From contig JAKMXF010000066.1 in the NCBI GenBank assembly GCA_024704765.1, positions 442,499 through 506,498 on the forward strand: a stretch of DNA of 64,000 nucleotides, written 5' to 3'. Position 1 is the first letter of the stretch. Every line of letters begins with the position of its first letter. The DNA comes from Oopsacas minuta. Its lineage: Eukaryota; Animalia; Porifera. Made by a program: the position numbers and the translations under genes. The notes under the pieces were generated by a model that saw only the letters and a list, made by a program, of their open reading frames with translations, had not been told where the DNA came from and made no database searches. Below, piece by piece: positions 23,701 to 46,515 of this stretch.

Positions 23701-26700
23701 AAATCTCCAGCCAAAAAGACCACTACCAAACATGAAGATCCTCTCACTCCCCCTCCACCGCCACCTCCTGCTTCTAACGCTGTAATAGAAGAAGCTCTGT
23801 ATATTGAACTAGATGGTAGTATTATTACTGAGAATAATATTGGATCTACTCCCAAAGTCAAGCAATTTACAAATAACATATTTAAGAAATCGTTAGTTGA
23901 CTCAATTCTAGATAAACTGGTAATACTGAATCTTAAATATATTTTGCATGTATCTTCTTCTAGGAAATCTCATCCCAAAAAGGTCCAAGGTAAATACCCC
24001 GAGTATAAATATAACTTACAATGAATATAGCTGTGTAATAGAGTGTAGTGTGTTAGATGGACTGATAGCTTGACCATGAATTCATTGTATGACCGTTAAA
24101 TATTAGAGAAATTCTCCCACCACTCCACTCGCTTACCGTGATTGCATTGCTTACTAAGTATTTGCATAATTATAGTTACAATATTTACTCTAGATGATCA
24201 GAACTTATTTAAGAAGCCTCCTAACCAACCTCCACCTCCGCCACCTGCTAGTTCAACACAAGGTTGTTATTATTTACTATCTAAAAATGCTCTGTTTACA
24301 AACTTGTTATTTATTTTACTATAGAAACAGATCCTCTGAGTAAAGTTAAGACAAGCAAGGCATACAAACGAGATACCAAAGATGATACAGATATTAACGG
24401 TTCAACAACAGTTAACGAAGCTAAGGTATGGCTGAAAAATGTTTCAAATGTGCAGGGGGGGTCTACAGACTAGACTATATTAATGACGTAATTTTTTATA
24501 TTTTTTTCAAAATATTTATAATTCAAAACTCATCTATCAGTATATTTCTATAGTCTAAGAAGCAATCTGGTTTCTTTAAGAAAAGCACGAAGCCTAAAAC
24601 AGATTCCAAAGGGAGACATAAGAAATCTAAAGACGAATCTGACTTGATTTCCAATATGAGGGTTAGCTATTATAGAATTTATTGGATATTTATTCGTAGC
24701 AACTAGCAACATACCGAAATACTAATCCCAAATAAACTTATTTTTGGAATTTTCCCCATTATCGTTACTACTATTTTATCTTATTGCATTCTCAAGGTAG
24801 TTGAAGAAGTAGGATCACTTAAACGTTTGTCAAAGAATCTCTCTAAATCTTCTGGTATGATATTTATGCGGTACTATTGTAGGGGTCGTGTGAGATTGTT
24901 ATATAACAAATCAAGTTCAATGTACTAGTCATCCAAATATGTGATTATTCAATATCTATGTTTGTCTAGATAATCTTCTTGCTCCCACAATTAGTGAAGA
25001 TCTTAATTGTAGTGAAGAGGTAATTACTCATTATTATTCTTTGTAACATTTGGATACATGCTTACAATTATGAATTAAATTTGAATATTTATCACAGGAT
25101 AATAACTGGAGTGGTAAACAAATTAAACAACAAGGATTTGCAAGGTTCTCTCCTGAAGCTACAAGTGAGTTTCAAAGGAAGCTTTTGTCTAGCTCGGATC
25201 ATCAGGTATATTAGAAAATATGATACTTTCTATTATTCATGCATTTATGTTGGTTTAATTAGTTTACGAAAATTATTCAAGTCGATGTAGACGAATCATC
25301 AAATCCTATGAGATCACTCCCACCCAATCCTATCCCCAGGAGACGTAACAGTCCTGATGAGATATTTACACAACCTAGCAACGACATTCCAAAGACCCAA
25401 CAACCAATTGAAGTACATACCTTACCTCGTAACCAAGGCTCTGAAAACAAAGCTCAACCTCCAAAGAAACCAAAGAGGAATATCAGTGCAGATATTTTGT
25501 ATGACAACGTTGAACAAGCAATACCTAATCCTGGTTAGAAATTTGAATTTTTTTGTTTTTTGGAAAAATGTGTGTTATCATAATAAGTTTTGCAGTGCCT
25601 AGAGTAAGAAAGTTAGATTCGCCTCCTCTTACAAAGAAGTTTGATCTCCCTCCTATAACATTCCCACAGCGAGCTTCCAGCATATCCTCACGACCACAAA
25701 TGAAAATATCCAACGATATGAAACAGCCACAAGCTGGTAAGGATACGAGCAGTATAGCTAGAAATAAACCTGAAGTTCCAAAGGGGAAGAAGCCTATCTT
25801 GAAATCTAAACCTGTATTAGATGGATCACAGATCAAGAGGTTAGTATTAATTCTCATGAAATGTATTTGGTAATTATGCTAAAAATGTTTCGATATATCC
25901 GTATTCGATATAACGGGAGTTGACTGCTAGTGTAATGCCAGCTCTGATGACGCTTGTTTGCTCTATAGAAATGATTCCTATACGTAACACATTCTTATAG
26001 GGAAAAGGTGTCAAGGGAGCCTCAACCACGTGATAATCAACTAAAACAAGAAAATGTCATAACTCGTATGACCAGTCCTTTAACTGCTCCTCCCCTCCCG
26101 ACTACAAAAAGACCGGCCACACCCTCAAACTCTAATCAGCCACCTGAAACTCCCCCTATTCACTCAATCCCCTCAATGAAACCAATAGCTCACGTCAGGC
26201 CTACGAAACCTCCGATAATAACTCGCCCCTCAGCGACCAGCTCTAACCCTATAGCAGAACCTAGAAATATAGATAACTGGAAGAAAATAGAAGATAAGAT
26301 AACTTCTATACTTATAGAGGAGGATTTCTTAGATTATCTGGTTACACATTATACTGGAGAGGTACTTATGATAATATAAAGTGTATTCTTGTAATTTCAT
26401 TATTTATAAATTATAGAATGGAGAAAGTGATATTACTCCTGGATTAGTGTGTCGGCTTGCTAATGAGACTTCATTTGCTATACATCACATCGCCTCTGCA
26501 CTGGATAATATTCGTATACAAAGACTAACAGAATTGGGAAGGAATGCTGTAAGTACTAGAATTATCGAACAATTTGGTATAATTTCCAGGGGATACAATA
26601 CAGACAACTCTCCGTTATATCGAAGGTCAAACCGCGGAGTTCGTTATAACCGATATGTTACTCTGACGGTTTGGGACCGTATTTGCACAATTTAAGACTT

Positions 26701-27029
26701 AGCGGGTATTTCAATATAACGGAAGTTGACTGTATAGCCTCTTTGTCTTAAAGTTCATCACAGTAATATTATATGGTATACACATTTATATTATACATAA
26801 TAGATTCCTATCTCACTCGCCGAATTCGATGAAATAGAAACACCTACACACATCGACAACATATCAACTTGGCTAACAAGTATTGGACTACCAAACTACA
26901 TAGAAGTATTCTATGAAAACATTAAAGAAGCTAAAGAGATTAAAAATCTGGATGCAGATGACCTCAGTGAATTCTGTGTAAGTACAAAACATAGAGGCTG
27001 TCTCCTCCATGCAATAGATTTGCTACAAT
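20728..27029 (+). CDS. Two-SAM-domain, proline-rich adaptor-like protein (multi-exon; N-terminal and C-terminal sterile-alpha-motif domains)
   Basis: Exon 1 (20728-21228) carries a SAM domain (VNEWILGMGLGQYYDLFIENGYDSFRICSEIQKIDIETIGIRNQFHASILIKG). Downstream exons encode Pro-rich stretches (PLTPPPPPPPAS at 23745-23775; KPPNQPPPPPPASSTQ at 24213-24260) and basic stretches. The last exon (about 26800-27029) is a second SAM domain (ISTWLTSIGLPNYIEVFYENIKEAKEIKNLDADDLSEFCVSTKHRGCLLHAIDLLQ*). Internal exon boundaries are approximate. Confidence 0.6.
21577..21731. mobile_element. MITE family A copy in intron 1 of the SAM-domain gene
   Basis: ATAGTCAACACCCGTTATATCGAAGCTCAAGGGACTGCGATAATTACTTCGAT ... 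GGTATTGACTGC. Confidence 0.75.
26600..26734. mobile_element. MITE family A copy (intron near the 3' end of the SAM-domain gene)
   Basis: ACAGACAACTCTCCGTTATATCGAAGGTCAAACCGCGGAGTTCGTTATAACCGATATGTTACTCTGACGGTTTGGGACCGTATTTGCACAATTTAAGACTTAGCGGGTATTTCAATATAACGGAAGTTGACTGTA. Confidence 0.8.
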
Positions 27030-27362
27030 AACTTAATATCCCTCCTCTGGAAATATATTTTACAACCACAAATCAGTAACTGAAACAAATATTTATATCG
27101 GTTCTCTATGTGTGTTGTGTTAACACATAAAATTGAATTGGATATCTTGAAATGGTTTTGTTTCGCTTTTTATGAATATTTGTATATTTTGTTTGTTTAT
27201 TTGTTGTTTGCTGGATCAGTCTCTAGTTGTGTATTAAATTAATATTGCTGTGAATGTATGTATGTGCTAGAAATTATATTTCTACGTATTGTGAGAAGAA
27301 TTTGTTAGGAAAAGACTCCAAATACCACACAACTGCCAACCGACATTTTTAATTAATAAATT

Positions 27363-27531
27363 ACAGTAAACTACAGTTATATCTAATACGGATATTTCGA
27401 AATATCCTCTTCTAGCGAAGTCTTAAATTGTACAAATAAGGTCCCAAACCGTCAAAGTAACATCATTAATCAGTTATATCGAAAGAATTATCGCGGTCCC
27501 TTGAGCTTCGATATAACGTGAGTTGACTGTA
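27363..27531. mobile_element. MITE family A copy (inverted orientation) in the convergent intergenic region between the SAM-domain gene and TRMT1
   Basis: ...TTGTACAAATAAGGTCCCAAACCGTCAAAGTAACA...ATCGCGGTCCCTTGAGCTTCGATATAACGTGAGTTGACTGTA. Confidence 0.75.
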
Positions 27532-27600
27532 AAAAGAATTGTGTAACAATATTAGAATATTTCATTGATAAAGCTTCTATTGTGTGTATTATAATTGCTA

Positions 27601-30600
27601 TTATTGTAGTGATTCATTGTTAGTTTCTTGTCTAACTTTCTTATCATCTTGTAATTCAGATATATTCTCATCTTGTGAAGAGTTAGACCTCTTCTTATTC
27701 TTCTTAGCTCGACTCTGCGGCCCCCAATTCGGAGGATTTTCGGGAAATCTCTTCATATTATCAACTTTAGACATCGGTAAAACTCCCTCCCTTAATGTAA
27801 AATCCGCTACAAACTTAATAGGAGTAGATACTATCTTGTGACCAGGCGATTGTTCAGAGGGTATCTTACTGATAGCCTCATCAGACCTAGCATAACACTT
27901 CATAAAGTCCCACATAATATCAGATGGCATGTTTGTTTTGAGAGAACTTTTGTCTGTGTGTGAGTATGATACTTTGTAACCGGCATTTTTGATAGCAGAC
28001 CATAACTTCTGTGTTTTGGGCATGGAAGTATTTAGAGTTGTACAGAGTTGTTGTGTGGTGTAATGTAACGGTACATCCTGTAGCTCTTCTGTTATCATGG
28101 TTAGGATACCTAACAGGGTAGTATTAAGTTATCGAGGATTTGTTATTGGTCATTATTATATATTTATTTCTAATTTTGTATATACAGATTGTAGATACAG
28201 TTTATATACATTCAATTAATAATGTGTTCGTTTCCTGTTTTACTCGTTTTCACCATATATACAGCGACGTAATTATTTTAGAGGTTACCCAGGTAAGTTA
28301 ATATATTTGCAAAATAATAATACAGAATCGGGAATTTTTTTGAAATTTTCAATTTACCATTTAATCTGTCAACTGTCTTGTATTGATGACTTTCAACGTC
28401 TAAACTCGTCAGAACATCTTTTACGAAATTTAAATCATGAATTGGATCAAGCCAGATAGGACCACCTACCAATAAAGTTATAAATTTTTAAAGTGAAAAT
28501 ATTTCAAATTTACCTTTTACAATGTAAGTAAAATGCTCTTTAATTTTCATCAAAAATCTCTAAACAGTTAAAATGACGTGGTTTGAGGAAACCATGATTT
28601 CAAGTCAAATTTAGAATTATTTTGAAATGAAAATTTGTACTTCAAACTGTTGATTATTATACCCAAATACCTATATGATGAGTCCATCCACAGAAAGCAC
28701 ATTCTCTGTCTACTGGGGGTCCAATAGCTGGTTTATACTTTATTGATTTATCATCAGTTATAATCTTGCCTAATGGCTGAGTACTGAAACTCTTACATCC
28801 ACTACAACTATACAACATTCCTATTCTCTCTGCTGAGTGCTTTGCTTGTTCTTTTCCCTTATACACTCTAAAATATATGTATATTTAATAAATATTGATC
28901 TAAATACGGAGGACCTGCCATTTACAAATTACTACGTTTGCCCCACCATCAACTTAGACAAATTAAATTCTGTTATGTACAATTTTGTAGCTATAAAATT
29001 GCTCCAGTTTGAACAAATTTCTAGAAATAACTGAAAATTATATATTTTTGCAGAATTTATTGTATCAGATTGTACAAATCTTAACAGTAGAATTTAGCCT
29101 GGAGAATGTCTAAGATAGAAGTTATCAATGTACAAGTGAAAGACAACCCTTGTCACTTCGTCTCCCCGTTTAAGTTCGAAATAACATTTGAGTGTTTTGA
29201 AGATCTTCCCCAAGATTTAGAATGGAAGATAATATACGTAGGTTCAGCTGCCAGCTCTAAATACGACCAGACTCTTGATAGTGTATTGGTAGGTCCAGTA
29301 CCAGCGGGGAGGCACATGTTCCTTTTTGAAGCAAAAAGTCCTGACGTCACGAAACTGCCTCTTCAAGACACGATTGGCGTAACTGTAGTTCTTCTAACGT
29401 GTTCATATCGTGAGCGTGAATTTGTACGTATTGGCTACTACGTGAATAACGAGTATGATGATGAAGAAATGCAAAGTAACCCTCCACCTCATCCATTGTT
29501 CGACCGTATCAGGCGTAATGTACTCGCTGAATGTCCACGGGTGACAAGATTCGCGATAAACTGGGAAGACAATACCGCGATTGAAAATCTAGATGCTTTT
29601 GGTATACCGAAACAGGAAATAGGGAACATGAATGAATTCTCTAGCCACGGGGCTATTGATTTCAGCGACTTGAATTTATATCCACAATCTGGTCAGAACC
29701 CTGTAATAGCTGGTGCTGCTAAATTAACTTCAAACATAGGACACACCATTTTACAGAGCGGGGATCAGAATCATGTTCAACAAGAATGCTTCGCAAAGAC
29801 AAAAGAAGAACCAATGAATGAACAACATATCTCTTAAATGTTTGAAATTTATTTCTCATAACACAGGAGAGTAGCTCCTTATAGGCTGATCGTTTAGGGT
29901 AGTTATATTGCTTTGAGATCTATCTGGGACTTGTCCTGTATTTTAACCCAATATTATTGTCAATTGCAGTAAATTTATGTACTTCACTTCTAATATATAC
30001 TCGTTGTCGAATTTGTTATATATTACCATATTTGCCAACCCTCCCCCGGGATTTGACTTCATATCTAGGAATAAAAATTTTGATTTCTGGAGAAATACGT
30101 ACGTGATTTCCAGAGATATTTGTAAAAGGAGCGGACTATATGCACGCATTAAGTCTGGACAAAATCTTGGTTTTAGCTGAACTGACCTAACAAATATCCT
30201 AGCATAGAAGTCAATAGAGACTGACAACATAGGTTGTATATAACGTCCATATCTGTTAGCATGAGAACTAACAGTTGACAGTATTATCCTCAAAGCGGTC
30301 TCGTGTATGTGTGGAGTATTTGGTATTGAAGTACTGCCGTATTTAGCATAGCATGTAGTAGAAGCTCTCCCACATAGCACTGCCATATCTGTACACGTCA
30401 CACACAATAAGCCTATATAGCAACGTTTGATTGGTTATTGCGTCTAAATAAGTAAATCAGTGTTTGCCAGATGAAATGCCCACAACTTCATGCCATATTC
30501 ATGTCGCAGACCTGAAAGTTCACGCCAAGTGCTTTCCAAAACTAGAATTTCATTCCTTGTTGACGTAAGGGTTGATGCCAAAGTTCTTGCCAAAGCCAAA

Positions 30601-31419
30601 ATATGTGAACTTTGTTCATGATCTGGCAATACTTATTCCACCCACTAACTTCAACAAATAATGGCGTAATCATCCATATTTATTCAAGTTACACTTACCA
30701 CCATATTCTACAGCTTGTACTGCTGTATCTAGAAAGGGTGAAGGAGATCCATATGGGTCTAAATCCACTACATGGTATCTACCCACTTCTCCATTGGTCC
30801 TATGCATCAGCAGAGCTGCATCATTACATACTGGTACCACTTTATCTGACATTTTATTTAATTCTGAGTTTTGTTTGATAACTTCTACAGCTGTTGAGTC
30901 AATGTCATTAGCTGTGATTTGTAGTCTTCCTTTAACTTCTAGAGCGTATCTAATTGCTCTCAGTCCTGTGGCGGATAGAGCGTCCAATATACGTAGTTCT
31001 AAATATAGTAGAGTTATAATTTATTTGCTTGTGTATAGCAACAATAAAGTACAATGGAATTGAACACGAACATATTTTTGATACCCATTGTAATAATTGT
31101 GATTGAACGCATCACGACATGAGGCATCAGCATAACAACACAGTGATATACCTGGAATGTCTTCTCCGTCAGCAACATATGTCCTATTATCTCCCTCTCT
31201 CTTCGCACTATTTGCTGTAGCTTTCCTGCCTATACCGTCTCTGTAGAATATCTTAGAAAACTCGTTTATAACAGCTACAGTCAGATCTCTATTGAACTCC
31301 TGTACTGGATTATAGAATACACCTGGAGGTAACACAATTTTAGCTCTACCCTCTGTTATTATTCTTGAGTTTTTATCAGTCTTATCAGTTTCATCAGATT
31401 GAGGGTTATTCGTAGCCAT
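27601..31419 (-). CDS. TRMT1: tRNA (guanine26-N2)-dimethyltransferase TRMT1, multi-exon
   Basis: Exons on the minus strand: 31021-31419 ([35 protein letters not shown]), 30670-30987 ([11 protein letters not shown]...[25 protein letters not shown]), about 30190-30407 ([12 protein letters not shown]...TCYAKYG...ALRIILS...[19 protein letters not shown]), 28657-28866 (CSGC...[20 protein letters not shown]), 28278-28465 ([14 protein letters not shown]) and 27601-28098 ([18 protein letters not shown]...[10 protein letters not shown]). These are collinear with human TRMT1. Confidence 0.9.
29106..29837 (+). CDS. ASF1: Histone chaperone ASF1, intronless, nested antisense within a TRMT1 intron
   Basis: [80 protein letters not shown]...[25 protein letters not shown] is nearly identical in pattern to ASF1A/B. 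It lies between TRMT1 exons at about 28866 and about 30190 on the opposite strand. Confidence 0.93.
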   Translation: MSKIEVINVQVKDNPCHFVSPFKFEITFECFEDLPQDLEWKIIYVGSAASSKYDQTLDSVLVGPVPAGRHMFLFEAKSPDVTKLPLQDTIGVTVVLLTCSYREREFVRIGYYVNNEYDDEEMQSNPPPHPLFDRIRRNVLAECPRVTRFAINWEDNTAIENLDAFGIPKQEIGNMNEFSSHGAIDFSDLNLYPQSGQNPVIAGAAKLTSNIGHTILQSGDQNHVQQECFAKTKEEPMNEQHIS

Positions 31420-31972
31420 AATTTATAATCTACTCTAATTCAAAAATATAGTTGTAACTATACTCGAATATGCCAGAGAATTCATTCGCATTATTCCTCA
31501 ATTATGGTAGAATTTACAGACATTGTTCCGACAAGCTCGGAAAATATATTACCAATTTGACAGTATGGCAACACTGCCTATGACCCTCTTTATATACGGG
31601 GGACACCATCCATAGCTGTAGGGGTGATCCAGGCCAACACTTACTGTCTAAGGATATTCATTTGATCAAAATTTCAGATATAAAACTTTTCAGCGTAACT
31701 ACGATCTTCATGCACTTATTTAAACTATGTATCCATGGCTCATGGTCATTATTCTACACATATTCACTGATTGAAATAATTTACACAGAGCACTTTTCGA
31801 TCGACACTTATGAATACATATCATTATTACTCCATTTCCTTCCTTACACGTGTAATAGGCGCTACTAATTAACATAACTGGTATGCAAAAGTCTTCCCTT
31901 TGGTCAAAAGTTTATTGGCATTCTATGCATTTATTGCATCAAATCTATCTTATCTAATCTCAGTATTTTCAC

Positions 31973-41532
<9,560 letters not shown>

Positions 41533-41981
41533 CTCTACAACATATCTTAACATATCACTGTTTTATATGCGAATATTTTATATGAGTTTTTAACCCACAC
41601 AAAAGGAGTATGTGTAAATATGTGCTAGTTTGTTGTCTATATTTGTAGCTCAGTTTAGGTTGCTTTCTTATGTACATTTGTTATGGTTTTTTTAACGAGC
41701 ATGTTGCTCTTTGATGCTGCTTTATTGTATCTTATTTGGCTGACTGAATTCAATTGGAATATATCAGGGCTCCTAACCTTTTTACCTGTGTAATATCAAA
41801 TATGACCAGGGATTGTGTGACAAACTCGTAAATTTTACACGTATTATCAACAGCTAGAAAGCTTGATATAGTTATGGTGGAGTTTCGGATAATCAGGGCG
41901 AACTTCTGTATAATGATTTTAATCACTATAGTTTATTTTAACAATTAATGAAACACTTATCGTAAACCATTCACTCAGTTT

Positions 41982-41982
<1 letters not shown>

Positions 41983-42010
<28 letters not shown>
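41983..42010. repeat. (ATA)n microsatellite in the PKC/TRIM-NHL intergenic region
   Basis: ATAATAATAATAATAATAATAATAAATA read directly. Confidence 0.9.
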
Positions 42011-42012
<2 letters not shown>

Positions 42013-42742
42013 CCGAAGTCTTAATCCGCAATCTGCAAATGGCCATTTTCAGTCCTTGAATTGTTTAGAAATCGTTAGCAAGATGATGGATAATTAATCA
42101 ACTGTCAGGAAGTATAATCGCATCAGTAAATTAGGTAAAGTGTTTCTTGGAAATTCTTCATATTCTGCCAGTCAGACAAGTAATATTGCTTTAACCAAGG
42201 TTCAAACTTACATAACCATTTTAATATGTCAACATGTTATGACTATTCATACATCGTAATCGTACGCACTACACTATTCAATATGTTTTGCGGGCGTAGA
42301 TTTGTTTTCTTTTGATAATTTCATAATTGTTGTCGTTGTGCTGTAGCCAATTCTTTTTGTGACACTCAATATTATGTATAACTAAACATATTAACTATTC
42401 CGGAAATGATTAGATAATTCCTAGAGCACAAATGTTATTCAATGAAATATTACTAATAATTATCAGTTACAATTGAATTTTTAAGCTACTCTGAATAATT
42501 ATTAAATAATACTAATTAAAACCCCCGTTAATGTCTATAAAATCAATCTCTAGTCTCTTACTAATAATGGGCGGTGTTAGCGTGGTTTCTATTATTTATT
42601 TGAGTTATGTATTCTACAATTGTAACTCCCTCAAATATCCACTCACTCTAGTGAGCTTGTAACCCGAGACTAGTTGGAGAAATGAGTATGCCCGCTCTGG
42701 AGCATAAGATACGAGAGTTACAATCTATGAGATAATTTAACG

Positions 42743-45700
42743 ATGGCAACGAATTCAGATAGATTTGAAAACAACATGGAAATATATGATTGTGTGAATC
42801 CTATTGAGCACTTCGGGTTATGTCCTGTATGCTTGAAGGAATTTGAGGACCCCGTATGTTTGCAGTGTTCTCATACCGTTTGTAGAGGATGTTTGAAAGG
42901 GCGAGACGGCCAGCCTGTCATGGCATTTGAGAAGATTGTATGTCCAATTTGTCAGAAAGCTACTGTAACAAATGAGAATGGGTTAGATGGGCTTATGTGT
43001 GATACTTTTGCTAAGAAAATAGCTCAACTCAGCAAGCTAAAGAGCTCCAAACATAACATTAGTAAAATCAGATGTACTGCAGAATGTATGCAAGTAAGTT
43101 CCACACATCTGTTTGATATATTATCTTCAGTGGTTTATTACGCTCTCGTATACGATACAATAGAATAATAGAATTCAGTCCAAATGCTGAAGAACTAATT
43201 TGGCTGATTGTGACGTTACAAATTGACCACTGGTTTCTACGTGGCATGTTGCAATTAACAACTAACATATCGCCAATTTCCCTAATCATATACGTATACC
43301 TGTATAATTAGTACTATATCATTGTGGTGATTATCCATTAATTATAAACACATTTTCTAGCTATGTGACAATTATCTTATCCATAATATTCAAGGCACAT
43401 CTGTTATGAGTAGCCAGAAATATATTTCTATTTTGGCATAAAGGTTTTGCACTTACAGTTTCAATGGGATCATGGGCACTGAACTGAAAGCATTTTAAGC
43501 AGTGCTAAAATGGTGATAAAGCTATAGCAAATAATTCCTTAAATATTCATCATATATGTTGCTACAGTATGTGTACTTTTATAGATGTATAACGTTAAAG
43601 TACACATCGTTACAGCTGGGAAAAGTCCACATAACTCATAGCTATGATTATACATAGACTCTATGGGGTAATCTCTAACGTCAATTTGTTATATTTAGTA
43701 TATCGTATTAGCTATTATGCTATATTTTATTGTGAATACTGTTTAGGGAAGAGCAAAGGCAGTAGGATACTGCCTAGAGTGTTCTGTATATCTGTGTCAG
43801 CTAGATCTTAAAGTTCATCAGAAAGTTACAAAAGAGACCCATATAGTCATACCACTCAAAGAATTAATTTCTAAACAGACTAATGAACTGTTGCTCAAGG
43901 CTGCTCCTGTAAGATGTACTTACCATTTGGATGTAAGTATAGCTTTTATTTGTTAACAAGATCTGTAACGGTATATTATTTGCTTTTTTATAGGAAATTT
44001 ACACTTTCAATTTCTCATTGCGTTTTATGTATATCTTTTAAGACAGCTATTTAACTTTTTTTCAGCACGTGAACCCCTATACAAATTTTAACATATTCTG
44101 TATGACCCCAGTTCGGTATCCGCTAATTTTATTTCCTATATAAAGTAACTCCACATGAAATGCGTTTGTGCTAATATCCGTACTACGTCTATTATACTCT
44201 TATCATTATCAGGTCCAAGCTATGTACTACTGTCTTACATCTCAACTGCTATTATGTGCCCAGTGTAAATCCTCTCACAATCCTAATCACAACATAGAAT
44301 TGCTAGAATCTTATCTTAACTTATTGACAGAACGTACGAGGGAAAACTTAACAGCATACAGAGAAGAATCCGAGAAAATGCAGACAGAGGAGGTTAATCA
44401 GTGGAAGAAAATGAAAGATATAAAAATACAAATCGGGTCTTCATTTGACCGTCTCATATACAAACTGGAGAATCGTAAGAAGGAATTACTTAATAAGTTA
44501 GATAGCATTATTGATGAGACTAGGAATACCCTTGATAGCCACAGGCAGAAGATGGCACAGCTCGATCAACTCAGAGAACTTCTTATTGTAAGTCATTATT
44601 ATGTAGATTTTGGTTATAGTAGTATTACACCTGAAAAATATATTCCAATCCTGTCTAGCTAACCACACTTTACAATTATTCAATTCAAGCAGATTGGCTA
44701 TATTCTTTATTTTGCCAATTCTTGCTTCTGTTACAGAAATATCTTGTGTTTATATTAAAATATTGCTTACGGTAATATTTTGGATATAGTGATAAACGAA
44801 TCTGTGACCTACACGTATATCCAATATATCCTGTATTGATAATCTATTTGAATGACGAAACTGTACTGATACTGAAAGAGTTTAAAATTCAATTTCAAAG
44901 AGTTTATTTAATGAGGAAAAGGTCAAATGATTTGTTTGTTGACAACCTGAGTTGGTATATTGGGATTTAGAATAAGCTTAACTATTTGCAGGTTAAGAGT
45001 CGCTACCCTAAAGATGTATCTATGCTCCACTCCCTCCAGGAGCTGCATCAACGTTTCCAGGACCAGTTAAACATAACACGAGTTGAATACGATGTTCCTT
45101 ACAGTGACATACACTTTGACATGGATCCAAGCATACAAGTATGTTTACAGAATTTGGGTAGATTTCAAGTGACCAGAAATATCCTACCTGTTGCAGTAAT
45201 CAAAGATCCTGGTCAGCATGAAGTATTCAGTCCATACGCTATTGATGTTAAGAATCAGGGAATATTCGTGCTAGTCTCTGGCACTGCTAACCTTATAATC
45301 GTGTTCACTCATACTGGTGAACTTATGAAAACTATTCGGTTAGAAACGCAGAGTGAAGAATCCGTATCATTTGGTGGTTTAACTGTAACAGATTCGATTA
45401 TAATTGTTTGTGTAACAAGTAGGCACTGTTTACAAACGTATACACATGAAGGAGAGCTCATTAATATGATTGGGAAATTAGGACATGCTCAATTTGAATT
45501 CAACACTCCCATCGGTTTAGCTACTACAGTAGAAGGTCATCTTATAGTAGCTGATAGCAGGAATAACAGATTGCAAGTATTCACACCAGAATTGAAATTC
45601 TCTCATTTTATCGGGAGTTCTAATAGTGTACCAGGTGAGCTACGCTATCCAGCTGACGTGGGGCTTACGAAGAATAATCAAATAGTTTGTCTACATCAGG

Positions 45701-46098
45701 GTAATCCTTCTATCCACGTGTATTCATTCACGGGTATGCTGCTTAACCAATTAGGCTCTACTGTTAATAGCAATGAGTTACATTGTCCAGTGAGATTAGC
45801 TATTTCACAGTCAGGCCATATTGTTACAGTAGACAGGAGTAAGCCTTGTCTAGCAGTGTACGGATCAGATACTACTATTATGGTCCGTTTAGCCGGTATG
45901 TATAATGAAGTCTGGGGTGTTGCATTTAGTTCACAGAATAGATTATTCGTATGTGATGGAGATCACATAAAAGTGCTTAATTTACAGCCTTTTGAGTTGT
46001 TAGGTCGTACCAGACACTCCTCACTACCTGGGGATTCTAAACGTCATCTTACGGCTACATCTATTACAGGAAATTTTCCCTCTATTAGCGATGTTTGA
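42743..46098 (+). CDS. TRIM-NHL family E3 ligase-like protein (RING - B-box - coiled-coil - NHL repeats), about 4 exons
   Basis: Exon 1 (42743 to about 43090) is a RING: CPVCLKEFEDPVCLQCSHTVCRGCL...CPICQ. Exon 2 (about 43748-43933) is a B-box: GYCLECSVYLCQLDLKVHQK..H. Exon 3 (about 44212-44590) is a second B-box plus coiled-coil: YYCLTSQLLLCAQCKSSHNPNHN.... Exon 4 (44986-46098) carries six NHL repeats (FSPYAIDVKNQGIFVLVSGTANLIIVF..., TPIGLATTVEGHLIVADSRNNRLQVF...). Exon ends are approximate. Confidence 0.8.
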
Positions 46099-46515
46099 AT
46101 ATTATCTCAACAATGAATTTACTGTATTAACATTTCAATAGCTTATCTTGTATTATCTATCTTATATTATTTTTCCTCTTCATCGCGATTAACTTTGACT
46201 GATAGTATCTTTCTACTTATTCATTTTTTCCAATTTTTCAGAATTATATTATCCTGAATGAATTATTACTGTTATGACGAAAATGCTTATTAGTTTATTT
46301 ATCCATGGATAGTGGATTTAGTTCATCTGCTTGAATGTGTTTTTGAATATTTTGAGGCAGTTCTCGCTTGATTGAACGGGATATTTCTATATTTTTATTG
46401 GCGAAAATGACCTTAATCCCACAATCCATGGTTAAAGAACATACTTTTTGTTTTCACAATAACCTTATTTCATATTATGTCTCTATCTATATTAGCATCT
46501 TATAGCGTTATTTGA

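Noticed and set aside
23610-23879. Minus-strand 89-aa ORF with a GGGGGGGG run
   Set aside because: It is the antisense of the poly-proline-coding stretch (PPPPPPP) of the SAM-domain gene exon, not an independent gene.
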